A stretch of 64,000 nucleotides of DNA from Candidatus Lustribacter sp. (GTDB taxonomy: Bacteria; Vulcanimicrobiota; Vulcanimicrobiia; Vulcanimicrobiales; Vulcanimicrobiaceae). Location of the stretch: assembly GCA_965277805.1 (NCBI GenBank), contig OZ255842.1, positions 3,392,001-3,456,000 of the forward strand. Reading direction: 5' to 3'. Shown one piece after another: positions 42,092 through 52,664 of this stretch. The notes below the pieces were generated by a model. It was not told the DNA's origin, searched no databases, and saw only the letters and a list, made by a program, of their open reading frames with translations. Position 1 is the first letter of the stretch, and each line of letters opens with the position of its first letter. Made by a program: the position numbers and the translations under genes.

Positions 42092-42909
42092 CGGAAAAAT
42101 GCAGTGACGAGGGCGTTGAATTCAGCCCGGCGCTCGATTTGCGTCCAGTGACCGCAGTGTCCAAAGATATTCAATTGGGCATTGGGGATCAGTTTGAAAA
42201 GCTCGTAGCTGACGTCGACTGGAATAACTCGGTCCTCGCGTCCGTGGACTAACAGGGTCGGCGCCGCGATGCGCTGGATGTCTTCAACCGGCGTTGCGAG
42301 ATCGTTCACGCCCTCTTGCCGCGGCGCGGGGAACATGCGGCTATACGATTCTTGAAATCCGGGCTGGATGCTCGCGGCGTAACGCAGCTCGACGAGGTCA
42401 TCCGTTACGATCGACCGGTCAAACGCGAAGTAATCCGCGATGAGTTGGCGCATCCGGCCGAGGTCGGGCTCATAACCCCATACCGCATCCAAGCCCGGCG
42501 TAATCGGAAACGGCAGACCCGTCGATCCGAGCAGCACCATCTTGTCGACGAGTTCCGGAGCGCGAACCGCTAGCGCGATGGCGAGCGCGCCGCCCATCGA
42601 ATTGCCGACGAGATGACAGCGTTTGATATTCTTTGCTTCGAGAAACGCCAGGATGTGCTCGACCCAGACGCTCTTGCTGTAACGAATTCCCGCCGGGCGA
42701 TCCGAATAGCCGAAGCCGAGCACGTCGAGCGCCAACACGTGATAATCGGCGGCAAACACCGGCAGCGCAAGGCGCCAATTCGCCCAGGCCGTTACACCCG
42801 GTCCCGAACCGTGGATGAACACCACTACATCGCCGGCGCCGGCTTCGTGATAGTGCGTCCGGTAGCTGCCGGCGTCGATGTAGTCGCCGGATTCCAGGGT
42901 GGTGTGCAT
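42085..42909 (-). CDS. Meta-cleavage product hydrolase (2-hydroxymuconic semialdehyde hydrolase family)
   Basis: 'IHGSGPGVTAWANW', 'GNSMGG', 'HGREDRVIP', 'CGHWTQIE'. Confidence 0.9.
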   Translation of the reverse strand: MHTTLESGDYIDAGSYRTHYHEAGAGDVVVFIHGSGPGVTAWANWRLALPVFAADYHVLALDVLGFGYSDRPAGIRYSKSVWVEHILAFLEAKNIKRCHLVGNSMGGALAIALAVRAPELVDKMVLLGSTGLPFPITPGLDAVWGYEPDLGRMRQLIADYFAFDRSIVTDDLVELRYAASIQPGFQESYSRMFPAPRQEGVNDLATPVEDIQRIAAPTLLVHGREDRVIPVDVSYELFKLIPNAQLNIFGHCGHWTQIERRAEFNALVTAFFRQ

Positions 42910-42919
42910 GGCCGTTAGC

Positions 42920-44452
42920 TTACGCCAGCGCGGTGAGTGCGGCCCCGTTCGGCGTGCCGAGGCCGGTACACGCATCCCAGCCGGGCCCGGCGGTATACGC
43001 ACCATTGTTCCCCGAGGTAATGTCGCGCAGCGCCGACGGGTTCGCGTACAAGATGGGGTTCAGCAAACCGAAAGGCTTGCCGGCGAGTTGATTGAGCCGG
43101 GCAACGAGCGCGGCCCACAGCGGCGCGACGGCGCTGGTTCCACCGATCACCGTGGACGAACCATCGACGCGTACCGCGTAGCCGGTTTCCGGATCGGCAT
43201 CGCCCGCCACATCCGGAACGCCGCGGCCGGTGCCGCCGTTTGCCGACGGCGGAACGTTTGCGCCGGCCTGCCACGACGGCACCGGAAACACGCTGCTGAT
43301 GCCGCCGCCCGTTGCACCGCCGGACGCGCCGTCGTTCCACACCACTTCAGATGCGATGACGCCGTTGGCGGCGCGCAGCGTCGTTCCGCCGCAAGCCAGC
43401 ACGTGCGGACTCGAGGCTGGAAAATCGACGTGCGCCTTGCCGTCGGTGACGCTGTCCGCCGATCCGCCGTCACCGGCTGCAACGCACACCGTGATCCCAA
43501 GCATCGCTGCGTCGGCAAAGGCGTCATCGAAGTTCGTCATCGCCTGTTGCGTCCACTCGGATTCTGCCGAGCCCCAACTGATCGAGATGATGTCGGGATG
43601 ATTCGCCGCGTCGTGTGTCGCCGTCGTGATCGCATCGAGAAACCCCTGATCGGTGTTTGGTCCGAAGTACACGACGACGCGCGCAGCGGGCACGAGCGCT
43701 CCCACCACCTCCACATCGAGGTCGACCTCGCCGTCCGGACCGCTCGCGCTCCCGGTCGGCGCGTTCGTGGCCTTATCGACGCTCACGCTCACGACGTCCG
43801 GCTCCGGGATGCCCAACGACGAAAAGTATGCGCTGAGGTCGGCCGCTTTGTAGCCGCCACCGAGCTCGATGAGCGCGATCGTCTGCCCCTGGCCGTCGGC
43901 ATTTGCCGGAAAGCCATAGAGTTCGCCAAGCTGTGGAGGCGTGTACGACACTTCGACAGCCTCAGGCGTCGCAATGCGAAAGTGCGTGCGCGCCTGCGGC
44001 CGCTCATCCAAGCCGAGCACGCCGGTGATCACGCCATCGAGGCCGGCCGGAACGGACAGCGCGCCGCTCCGCGCGCGGAATTCCGCGCCCTCAGATTTGT
44101 AGCGCCGAAGGTCGGTGCCGAACGCCGCATTAAGTTGTGTGACCGTTCCTTCGACCGTGACCATGCGCCGCTTAGCATCGCTCTTCTGCACCACGAGACC
44201 AGCCTGCCGCGCAAATTGCTCGACCAGTTTCAGATCCTCCGGGCGCGCGCCGCGCAGCTTCGCGAGTTCTTCCCGGCTGAGATAACGGCGCTCACTCAAC
44301 GACGCGGTGAAGGCCTGCGGCGACGGCGCGCTCGCCGGACGGACGAGAATCGTTACGCTCGTTCGCTCACCCGGGTCGGCAGCACCGATTTCGTCGGCAG
44401 CGGGACGCGCGCGTTCACTCCCCGCGATCGGAGTAGCATCATTCTCGTTCAT
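42920..44452 (-). CDS. S53 family peptidase (kumamolisin/sedolisin-like) with pro-domain
   Basis: 'DGEVDLD', 'ISISWG', 'AAGDGG', 'RGVPDV', 'GGTSAVAP', 'GWDACTGLGTP'. Confidence 0.93.
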   Translation of the reverse strand: MNENDATPIAGSERARPAADEIGAADPGERTSVTILVRPASAPSPQAFTASLSERRYLSREELAKLRGARPEDLKLVEQFARQAGLVVQKSDAKRRMVTVEGTVTQLNAAFGTDLRRYKSEGAEFRARSGALSVPAGLDGVITGVLGLDERPQARTHFRIATPEAVEVSYTPPQLGELYGFPANADGQGQTIALIELGGGYKAADLSAYFSSLGIPEPDVVSVSVDKATNAPTGSASGPDGEVDLDVEVVGALVPAARVVVYFGPNTDQGFLDAITTATHDAANHPDIISISWGSAESEWTQQAMTNFDDAFADAAMLGITVCVAAGDGGSADSVTDGKAHVDFPASSPHVLACGGTTLRAANGVIASEVVWNDGASGGATGGGISSVFPVPSWQAGANVPPSANGGTGRGVPDVAGDADPETGYAVRVDGSSTVIGGTSAVAPLWAALVARLNQLAGKPFGLLNPILYANPSALRDITSGNNGAYTAGPGWDACTGLGTPNGAALTALA

Positions 44453-44479
44453 CGGCGAACACGTACCCACGTCGGCTGC

Positions 44480-45889
44480 TCACCGCACCGCTCCGGCCGG
44501 AAGCACGTTGCGGAGCCGGGAAGCGCTCGCGAGCATTGCTATGAACGCGCACCCGCGCCCCAGCCAGAGCGCAGCATGAGCGGCCGGCGCAATCGAGGCG
44601 TCGGCTGCTGCGCCCGTGAGCGACGTCCCGAACGCCGCGAACGTGATCGCAACGAGCGTCGCGCCTACGGCCTGACCTGACTGCCGCACCGCAGCGAGCA
44701 CACCCGAAGCGCTCGAACTGAGTTCGCGCGGTGCGCTCGTCATCAACTCGCGATCGTTGGGCGATTTGAAGAGACCGAAACCGATTCCGCACACGGCGCC
44801 GGCGACGATAATCTGGAACGTTGCCGCATGCAGCGGTATGACGGCATAGAGCGCGAGCCCGCAACTGAGGAACCCGAGCCCCACCGTCGCCAGCAGACCG
44901 GGCGAGAAGCGATCGGAGAGACGGCCGGCCAGTGGAGACGTCAACCCGAGCATGATCGGCCACGAGATCATCAGCAATGCCGAGGCGAGCGGCGCCGCGC
45001 CATAAACCCGCTGAAACAGATACGGAAGGCTCACATACGCGAGCGCCTGCGCGGCGAACCCGGCGAACGACGTCGCGCCGGCCAACGAGAACGCCGGTAT
45101 ACGGAAGAGCCGTACGTCGAGCATCGGCCGCGCCAAGCGCGTCTGCCGCCGCAGAAACCAGCCGAATGTAAGCGCTCCCACAACGAGCGATGCCGCGGTG
45201 AGCGTCTGCGAGCCGTGGCGCGCAAACGAACCTAAGCCTGAAATCAACAGCGCAAAACCGAGCGCGCTCGCCACGGCGCTCGCCATGTCGAGGCGGCCTT
45301 CATTCCGATCGTCGCGCGGCAACACACGATTGAGCACGACGTTCGCGACGCCGAACGGAATGTTGATCGCATAGATCCACATCCACGGAGCGATCGCGAG
45401 GATGAACCCGCCCAGCGCCGGACCAGCCGCGGTGCTGACAGCAACGATCGTCGCGTTGATCCCGAGCGCCCGCCCGAGTTGGTCTCGTGGGAACACCTCG
45501 CGGTAGAGCGCCGGCGTAATCGCGAAGATCGCCGACGCGCCGATCCCTTGCAGAACGCGTCCCCCGAGCAGCAATCCGAAGTTATGCGAGAGCGCGCATA
45601 GCGCCGATGCGACGATGAAGGTGATGACACCCAGCCGGTACACGCGCGCCGGGCCGTATAGCTGGCCGAGCGCCGCAAAGGTGAACAACGATGCCACCGA
45701 CGCGATCTGGTATGCGTTGACGATCCAGATCGATGTGGCCGGCGCGATGTCGAGGTCTCGCGCGATCGCCGGCAGCGCCGTGTTGGCGATGTTGACGTCC
45801 ACGGTTCCCATAATGGACGCGAGAGCAATCGCTACGACCGCGAGCCGTCGCTGCGGCTGTGGCAGACCGTCGGCAACAGCTTCCGTCAC
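44480..45889 (-). CDS. MFS transporter, DHA2-like
   Basis: 'DVNIANTALPAIARDL', 'WIVNAYQI', 'RVLQGIGA', 'AAGPALGG'. Confidence 0.88.
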   Translation of the reverse strand: MTEAVADGLPQPQRRLAVVAIALASIMGTVDVNIANTALPAIARDLDIAPATSIWIVNAYQIASVASLFTFAALGQLYGPARVYRLGVITFIVASALCALSHNFGLLLGGRVLQGIGASAIFAITPALYREVFPRDQLGRALGINATIVAVSTAAGPALGGFILAIAPWMWIYAINIPFGVANVVLNRVLPRDDRNEGRLDMASAVASALGFALLISGLGSFARHGSQTLTAASLVVGALTFGWFLRRQTRLARPMLDVRLFRIPAFSLAGATSFAGFAAQALAYVSLPYLFQRVYGAAPLASALLMISWPIMLGLTSPLAGRLSDRFSPGLLATVGLGFLSCGLALYAVIPLHAATFQIIVAGAVCGIGFGLFKSPNDRELMTSAPRELSSSASGVLAAVRQSGQAVGATLVAITFAAFGTSLTGAAADASIAPAAHAALWLGRGCAFIAMLASASRLRNVLPAGAVR

Positions 45890-45892
45890 GAC

Positions 45893-46615
45893 CTACGGCT
45901 GTATGTCGGCAACGAGGAAGGCTGCGGCGGCGATCAGGTAGTTCGCGCTAATTTCGTTCCAGTTGGCGAGCGTCGCCGGATGGGCCCCGATCATCGGCAC
46001 CCAAACCAAGACGCCGAAGAGCGCTACCATGACGCCGAGCAGGCGCATCGCGACCGACGCCAGGCGATTGATGAGCATCGCAGCTGCCGCAAGCGCAAAT
46101 GCGACCGTCGTGAAGTTCGTCCAAAACACTTGGTTCGGCAGCATCCACACCGGCACCAAGCTCGCGGTGTATTGGAGATAGACGACCTGCGCCCACGCAA
46201 ACGACACCGCGCACAAGCCGAGCGCAATGCGCGTTATTCGCGCGAGTACGACCGCCCGTGCCGGATTCGTCTCAAGCGCAGCGTACGACGCGAGTGCACC
46301 GCAGACAATCGCCAACTGTTCGAAACCGTCGATGTAGCCGCCGGGTTCGCCCGGAGCGGCGATGATGCTGCCGAGGCACGCGAGGACGTACAATCCGTAG
46401 GCGCCGGCGAGGGCGAGCGATGCCGCGCGCGCGGTCCCCGGAATGATGATCGCGACGCCGCCGGCAACTTGTACGATAACGACGCACCAGCCGACGATCG
46501 TACCCCCCGGCCAATGCAGGGGCTGCAGACGCTGCCACATATCCGAATCGCGCCAGACGAGCGCAACGACGCCGAAAACGATCGAGAACACTCCGAATAC
46601 GATTCGCCCGGACAT
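45893..46615 (-). CDS. Polytopic membrane protein (DoxX-like)
   Basis: About 7 hydrophobic segments; 'TASLVPVWML...FWT'. Confidence 0.65.
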   Translation of the reverse strand: MSGRIVFGVFSIVFGVVALVWRDSDMWQRLQPLHWPGGTIVGWCVVIVQVAGGVAIIIPGTARAASLALAGAYGLYVLACLGSIIAAPGEPGGYIDGFEQLAIVCGALASYAALETNPARAVVLARITRIALGLCAVSFAWAQVVYLQYTASLVPVWMLPNQVFWTNFTTVAFALAAAAMLINRLASVAMRLLGVMVALFGVLVWVPMIGAHPATLANWNEISANYLIAAAAFLVADIQP

Positions 46616-46706
46616 TTGACGCCCGTTCCTGAGATCGTATGCCTGTCCTGTCCTGGCGGTAGACCGAGCAAGGGCCTCGCTTGACCGGCGCCAATCTGCC
46701 AACGTC

Positions 46707-49706
46707 GTGCGGACTTTTGCAACCGGGCACCATGCCGATCAGAACCCGCGTGCCCGGGAGGATGCAGAGGCGGTAGTTCGCCGATTGCGTGAAGGTCAGT
46801 TACGCTCGGCCCGTTCGCTCGCGGCGCAGGCGCTCGAAGCGTCCGTGGGCGACCCCTACGCCGCCGGCGCCGCTTTGCTCGTCGCGCAAGCGACGGCCGA
46901 TCCCACGCTCGTGAGCGGCGTCGATGCGGCAGCGTGCTGGGAACGCGTGCTACGTGACGACGACGTTGGCGCGATCGCCTTCTTCGGCGGCGCCTATGCG
47001 AGCACGATCGGCGACGCATTCGCGGCGCGCGAGATCCTGGAGGCAGTATTCAGCCGGACGCCGCCGGTCGCGTCTTCGATCGAAGCGTTGCTGGCCGCAG
47101 CCGAGTGCGGTGACCGCGCTCTAGCGGCGAACGTGCTCGAGCGCATCGACACGATCGCCGCCGATGCGCCGCCCGAGCTGCGCGGCATTGCGGCGCACGC
47201 GACGGCGCTCGTCGGACGGGCCAGAGATGATAACGGCGCAACCCGTCCTGCCGCCCAAAAGGCCCAGCGCGACTACGCGCGCGCCGGCTGGGCATATTAT
47301 GCCGCGCGTGCGGCCGAACTCGCAGGCGACGTGCGCTCGGCGCAGAGCGCATACCGCCGCGCCGGTGCGGCACACGACGTTGCCCGGCTCGCGGCCGCGG
47401 AACACCCGAATGCGACCGACCCGCTTTCGAGCTTAGCGCGGCGTGAGCGCGACGTCGCGGCGCTGATTGCGGCCGGGCTCGCCAACAAAGAGATCGCCGC
47501 ACGCTTGAACATCAGCGTCAAAACGGTCGAAAAAAACGTCACCGCGATCTACTCAAAGCTCGGCGTCACTCGCCGCGTCCAGCTCGCGCGACGGCTAGCG
47601 CCGAAGCGCGATCGCCAAACCGTCACGACCGGCAACCTGCCGACACCCCTGACGTCGTTCATCGGACGCGCCGAAGAACTCGCCGATCTGCACGAGCGCG
47701 CGCGGCGCAACCGCTTGCTTTCGCTGGTTGGACCCGGCGGCAGCGGTAAGTCACGCTTGGCGTGCGAAATCGCACGACGCGAAGCCGGCACCTACCCCGA
47801 CGGCGCCTGGTTCGTCGACCTAACCACCATTGCCGAAGCGAGCGGAGTGTGGCCACTGCTTGCGGCAACGCTCGGCATCCCGCGCGATCCGCAGCGCGCG
47901 CTCGATGCAACCGTAACGGCGTGGCTCGCCGATCGCGTGATATTGCTCGTCCTCGATAACGCGGAGCATCTGCTGCCGGCCTTCGGACGCGCGGTGTACG
48001 CGCTGCTCCAGGCCGGCCCCGGCGTGCGCATCGTGATCAGCTCGCGCGAACGCGCCGGCGTATTCGGCGAGAACGTCTTTCGAGTCGGACCGATGCGTCA
48101 CACGGACGGGACCGCGTTCTTTCGCGAACGCGCAGCGGCCGCCGGCACGCCGCTCGCAGACGAACGGCTGGCCGGAACGATCTGCGATCGCCTCGACTGC
48201 ATTCCGCTCGCGATCGAACTTGCGGCGGCCCGCCTCTACGATCTCTCGATCGAAGCATTGGCGAATGCCGTCGAGGGCCACGTTCCGGTGCTCGCGACTG
48301 ATGACGTCGGCATCCCGCCGCGGCATCATTCGATCGACGCGCTGGTCGAATGGGGCTACCAGCCGCTGTCGGCCGCCGCCCAACGAGCGTTTCGTGGTGC
48401 CGCCGTCTTCAACGGCGCGTTTCCGCTCGCTGCAGCGGAAGCACTGCTCGGCGCCGATGCGCGCACCCATCTCGAACGGCTCGGCCACGCCTCGCTGATC
48501 GAAGTCTTGCCGTCGGGCGGCTATCGCATGCTGCAGGTCGTGCGCGACGTTGCGCTCGCAAAACTGCGCGCGCACGGTGACGACGGCGCCGCCTTCAGGA
48601 ATTTCGCTGCCTATTACGACGAGCTGCTGGCCATCGCCGACGACGAATGGTTCGTGCGCCCGATCGCTGCATGGCTCGAACCGCTCAAGGGCGACAGCCA
48701 TAACATCCTCGCCGCGATCCACTGGGCGCTCGGGCAAGAACGCGATCTCGAGCGCGGCGTTCGCATGACCGCCAACGCCGCCCGCATCTGGTCCGAACTG
48801 GCCCGCGAACCCGAGCTCGAGCCGTATCTGACGAAAGCCTTGCGCCACGCGGAGACGGCATTGCCGCGCGTACGCGTACGGCTCTGGCTCGCCCGCTCGC
48901 GCGCGCTCGATATCATGCGCGCCGGTGCGCAAGCGGTCGAGGCCTCGCGGCACGCATTCGCCGACGCGCTCGAAGGCGGCGACGCGGTCGACATCGCGAT
49001 GTGCCGGCTCGCGATCGGTTCGGCGTCTGCGACCCTGCGCGATATCGCGACCGCGCGCGAACATCTTGCCGGCGCACTCGCGATGTTCCGCGAGCAGCGG
49101 CTCAAACGGCCCGAAGCCTCAGCGCTCACCGCGCTCGCAATCATCGCCGAAACCGACGAGCAGCGCGCGGCCGACTTTCGTGACGTCCTCGCGATCGCGC
49201 GCGCGCTCGACGATCCGTTGCTCGAAGCGATCACGCTGAGCAATCTGAGCATCGTATCGACCGCACTTGGCGAAAGCGAGACGGCACGCGGGTTCTCGCG
49301 CGACGCGGCAGCGATCTTCGAGCGGCTGGCAGCGCCGATGCGGCTGGCCCGCGCACGCATCGACCTCGCGCGCGCCGAATTCGCCTGCGGAAACCTCGAC
49401 GGCGCGGCCGAGGCAGCCGGCGCCGCACTGCATTACTTCGCAAGCCTCGGCGCGCCGCTGCTGCGTGCAGAGTGCGCGACCTGGATCGCTAAAGCGCTAG
49501 CCCCGAACGCGCCGGAACGTGCAGCGCGTTTTTGCGGCTATGCGGCGTCGATGCGCCGGTCCGGCGGCGACGACGCGAGCGATCCGATCGACGATGCACT
49601 GCGCGAACGCTTGGGCGCGGAACGGTTCACCGAACTGGCATTGGACGGCAGCGCGCTCGACGCAAGCGTGCTGCTCGACGAGCTCAGTGCTTCCGGAGCA
49701 AACTGA
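46707..49706 (+). CDS. Large regulator: TPR-like N-terminus, central LuxR HTH, STAND/NB-ARC-like ATPase, TPR C-terminus
   Basis: 'LARRERDVAALIAAGLANKEIAARLNISVKTVEKN', 'GNLPTPLTSFIGR', Walker A 'GPGGSGKS', 'LVLDNAEHL', 'LDCIPLAIELAAAR'. Confidence 0.85.
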   Translation: MRTFATGHHADQNPRAREDAEAVVRRLREGQLRSARSLAAQALEASVGDPYAAGAALLVAQATADPTLVSGVDAAACWERVLRDDDVGAIAFFGGAYASTIGDAFAAREILEAVFSRTPPVASSIEALLAAAECGDRALAANVLERIDTIAADAPPELRGIAAHATALVGRARDDNGATRPAAQKAQRDYARAGWAYYAARAAELAGDVRSAQSAYRRAGAAHDVARLAAAEHPNATDPLSSLARRERDVAALIAAGLANKEIAARLNISVKTVEKNVTAIYSKLGVTRRVQLARRLAPKRDRQTVTTGNLPTPLTSFIGRAEELADLHERARRNRLLSLVGPGGSGKSRLACEIARREAGTYPDGAWFVDLTTIAEASGVWPLLAATLGIPRDPQRALDATVTAWLADRVILLVLDNAEHLLPAFGRAVYALLQAGPGVRIVISSRERAGVFGENVFRVGPMRHTDGTAFFRERAAAAGTPLADERLAGTICDRLDCIPLAIELAAARLYDLSIEALANAVEGHVPVLATDDVGIPPRHHSIDALVEWGYQPLSAAAQRAFRGAAVFNGAFPLAAAEALLGADARTHLERLGHASLIEVLPSGGYRMLQVVRDVALAKLRAHGDDGAAFRNFAAYYDELLAIADDEWFVRPIAAWLEPLKGDSHNILAAIHWALGQERDLERGVRMTANAARIWSELAREPELEPYLTKALRHAETALPRVRVRLWLARSRALDIMRAGAQAVEASRHAFADALEGGDAVDIAMCRLAIGSASATLRDIATAREHLAGALAMFREQRLKRPEASALTALAIIAETDEQRAADFRDVLAIARALDDPLLEAITLSNLSIVSTALGESETARGFSRDAAAIFERLAAPMRLARARIDLARAEFACGNLDGAAEAAGAALHYFASLGAPLLRAECATWIAKALAPNAPERAARFCGYAASMRRSGGDDASDPIDDALRERLGAERFTELALDGSALDASVLLDELSASGAN

Positions 49707-51591
49707 GGCTGCCCGTACTCGTGACGCCGAATACATAGGCGATCTGCGTCTGGCTCGAGATGATGCCGGTCGCGAAGCGATAGTTGCTGTCGGTCTCCGT
49801 GTACGCCTGGCAGACCCAGCCGATACCGCCCGGCACGTAGTAATCGGTCTGCGTGCGAACGCGATACTGGAAGTTCGGGACGCGCACCGCGGCCTGCTGG
49901 TTCACGATCTCCCACGCCTGCGTCGCAATCGTCGAGGGAACGTTGCACGACCCGGGGATCGCGACCAGTGCCTCGGTATAGGTCCATGAGTAAAGCGGCT
50001 GCATCGGCGACCCGCCACCCGGGTACCAGTCGGCCGCCGAATACGTGGCAGCCGGCGCGGGCGACGGGCTCTGCTGCACAACCGGGATCACGTCGCCCGT
50101 CCCCGGCGGAGTTGCAGCAACCGGCAAACCGATCGTCGTCGTGACGCCGCCTTGCACGTTCGTGCCGCTGCCATCGGCAGTTTGTGTCAGCGAAATCGAC
50201 GCGGGCGAGCTCTCGCTGAACGCTGTCGATCCGTCGGCGTTGATCTGGAACGTCGCGGTTTCTGCCTGCGAGAACACCTCGGTGAACGGCACGGAGTTGT
50301 TCGCCCAGGTCGTACTCACATGGGGCAGGACGTCGTCTTCCCACGCACCCGGATTCGGGTAGGTGAAGAGCGTGCCGACCGTGCCGGCAAGGCTGCCGGT
50401 CATCGGCGAGGTGAAGCCGTCGTTGTTGGCGTCGAGCTCATTTTCGCCGTACCGGTAATAAATCGCGCCGGTGGACGTGAGCGTGTACGCCCGATAATCG
50501 TCGAGCGTGGTCATTTCAGGCGTTGCACTCGTTACCGGCGAGGTCTGTGTATACGTGATCACGTGATTGGTATCGGAGGTCGAGACGCCGTTGAAGGTCG
50601 CGCCGCCGTGTACGGTATCCACGGCGCTGATCGTATAGGCGTAGGTCGATGGGCTCGGCGACGGCGTGCCATGGACGTTGTACGTGGTAATCGTTGCCGT
50701 GCCGGTGCCGTTGAGCGTGCGGCTGAGACCATAGCCGGCGAAGCGGTCGGCGATGTATTGGAAGGTGCCCGCGCTCGTGTTCGACGCCGTGACGCCGCTC
50801 GCGCTCGCGCCGATCTGCGTGGCGCCTACCGGCAGACCGCTAACGGCGAGCACTCCGGTATTCGCGTCGCTCGGCGCATAGGTGAGCGTTACCGCGCTGG
50901 CGGGCGACGTCACGCTCGTCGTCGAGAGCGTCGTGACACCGGACGTGTCGGCATTGGTCAGCGTGATCGGATTTGCATACGGGTCGCCGCCGACGATCGT
51001 CGCACCGCCGGCATCCTTCGCAGTGATCACCACCGGCAGCGCGGTCGCGTAGCCGCCGGGGATCATGCCGTTCCCATTGGTCACGCTCACTGCTATCGAG
51101 GCAACGACGCCGTCGAGCACGATCGGAATCGTATTGTTCTGCGCGATCGTGACGCTGCCGGCAACGGTGGCCGTCGAGAGCACGCTGCCGCTCCCGTTCG
51201 CACCGGCGAACAACGTCACCGCAAACGTGTCGTTGCCGATCGGCGCCGGGACGACGATCGCGCAGGCGAGGCCGCCGCCGGTGGTGCTGCTGCACGCAGG
51301 CGACGTCGCGCTGAGGTTCACGGTCGATGCGGGCGCAGGCGAGCCGGTTCCGTTCGCTACCGCGATCGAGATCGATTGCGCGTTCGGCGAAACGAACGCG
51401 GGGTTGCGCGCGTTCGCCGCAGCTGCGCTGCGCGGCGGAATGGTGAGCGTGAACGTTGCGGAGCGCGTGCCGGCGGCGCCGTGCGCAGCGTTTTGCGACG
51501 GCAGCGAACCGTTCGTGCCGGTGCCGCCGCCCCCGCAGCCCGCGACGACCGCCGCCACGAGCAGGCACAGCAAGACGAAATAACTACGCAC
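49684..51591 (-). CDS. Secreted/surface lipoprotein, Thr/Ser-rich beta-sandwich domains
   Basis: RBS GGAGG; lipobox 'VAGC' followed by Gly run; 'PAFVSPNAQSISI', 'C...APIGNDTFAV'. Confidence 0.75.
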   Translation of the reverse strand: MRSYFVLLCLLVAAVVAGCGGGGTGTNGSLPSQNAAHGAAGTRSATFTLTIPPRSAAAANARNPAFVSPNAQSISIAVANGTGSPAPASTVNLSATSPACSSTTGGGLACAIVVPAPIGNDTFAVTLFAGANGSGSVLSTATVAGSVTIAQNNTIPIVLDGVVASIAVSVTNGNGMIPGGYATALPVVITAKDAGGATIVGGDPYANPITLTNADTSGVTTLSTTSVTSPASAVTLTYAPSDANTGVLAVSGLPVGATQIGASASGVTASNTSAGTFQYIADRFAGYGLSRTLNGTGTATITTYNVHGTPSPSPSTYAYTISAVDTVHGGATFNGVSTSDTNHVITYTQTSPVTSATPEMTTLDDYRAYTLTSTGAIYYRYGENELDANNDGFTSPMTGSLAGTVGTLFTYPNPGAWEDDVLPHVSTTWANNSVPFTEVFSQAETATFQINADGSTAFSESSPASISLTQTADGSGTNVQGGVTTTIGLPVAATPPGTGDVIPVVQQSPSPAPAATYSAADWYPGGGSPMQPLYSWTYTEALVAIPGSCNVPSTIATQAWEIVNQQAAVRVPNFQYRVRTQTDYYVPGGIGWVCQAYTETDSNYRFATGIISSQTQIAYVFGVTSTGSLSLLRKH

Positions 51592-51624
51592 GACGATCCT
51601 CCGCGGGATGGGACGCTCGCACCG

Positions 51625-52629
51625 TCACTGGACGGGCAGCGTGGTGGTGGTGACCTGCACGGCGATCGTCGCCGTGCGGGCTTGCGCGTCACTGACGGTG
51701 ATGGTGGCGCTGCCGGCCGCAACTGCGGTGACGGTGACCGTCGTGCCGTTAACGGTCGCGGTCGCAACCGACGCGTTCGAGCTGTTCGCGCCGTAGCTGC
51801 CGGTGTAGCCGCTCGGATCTGCGATCGTCGACGTCGCGGAGGCACCCGGCGCCAGTAACGAAACCGCAGTGGTGCTAAGGGTGAAGGCGATCGGCGGCGC
51901 AGGGGGCGCGGCCGGCGTCGTTGCCGGTGCGGGTGTCGGCGCCGCTGCTTGTGCGCTCACCGCGTACACGGCGAGCGAGTACGGCACGTTCGCCGAAAAT
52001 GTCACCGGCGTCGCGGGGTTCGGAGCCGCGAACACGAGGGACGTCGCACCAACGGTTGCCGGGCCTTCGAAGCCGAGTTGCCAGCCGAGCGACGCTTCGA
52101 GCGGGTTGTAGAGCGCGAGATAGTAGCTTGCGGACGGCAGCCCGGACGGGACCGTAAACGTGAAGCCCGGTGCGTTGGGCGCGGTGAACGTCGTCGACGA
52201 TGCAACGTTCATATAGAACAGGGTCGAATGCGGCGCGACACTTTGCACGCTGCGCGACGTGGTGCGCAAAAGCGCGAGCGCCGGCACGCCCGCGCCGAGC
52301 GCCGCGTTCGAACTTGCGAGAGCGATCGCGAGCGTCGTCCCGGATGGAATCGTAGCCGGCGCGCTCAGCGACAGCGTGCCGCTATACGGGCCTGCCGATG
52401 GCAGCGCGACCGCGATCGTGCCGTTGGTTTGAGGCGCCGTTGCGAGCGACGTCGTTCCGATCGCCGAGAACGCGCCTTCGGCCGGTAGCGGCGGAGCAGT
52501 CGGACCGGCGGATGCGATCGGAGTCGTGCTTGTGGCTCCGCCACCGCACCCCGCGGCAACGGCGGCCGCAAGGACGAGGGCCGCGTGCCAGGGGGCGGGA
52601 CAGAGCCGGAACGATCGCGTCACGTGCAT
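51625..52629 (-). CDS. Secreted/surface lipoprotein with C-terminal Ig-like domain
   Basis: Lipobox 'AAGC' followed by Gly run; C-terminal 'SSNASVATATVNGTTVTVTAVAAGSATITVSD'. Confidence 0.75.
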   Translation of the reverse strand: MHVTRSFRLCPAPWHAALVLAAAVAAGCGGGATSTTPIASAGPTAPPLPAEGAFSAIGTTSLATAPQTNGTIAVALPSAGPYSGTLSLSAPATIPSGTTLAIALASSNAALGAGVPALALLRTTSRSVQSVAPHSTLFYMNVASSTTFTAPNAPGFTFTVPSGLPSASYYLALYNPLEASLGWQLGFEGPATVGATSLVFAAPNPATPVTFSANVPYSLAVYAVSAQAAAPTPAPATTPAAPPAPPIAFTLSTTAVSLLAPGASATSTIADPSGYTGSYGANSSNASVATATVNGTTVTVTAVAAGSATITVSDAQARTATIAVQVTTTTLPVQ

Positions 52630-52664
52630 GTTCGCAGATTAGCGGCACGCGATGAAGCGGCGAT

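Noticed and set aside
46707..49706. STAND ATPase-TPR as an Avs-type antiphage system
   Set aside because: It carries a LuxR HTH and no nuclease, TIR, SIR2 or protease effector; a transcriptional regulator fits better
50152..51858. 568-aa plus-strand ORF (likewise 42899-44680, 47820-49064)
   Set aside because: Antisense shadows of well-supported genes, with Arg-rich composition and no motifs
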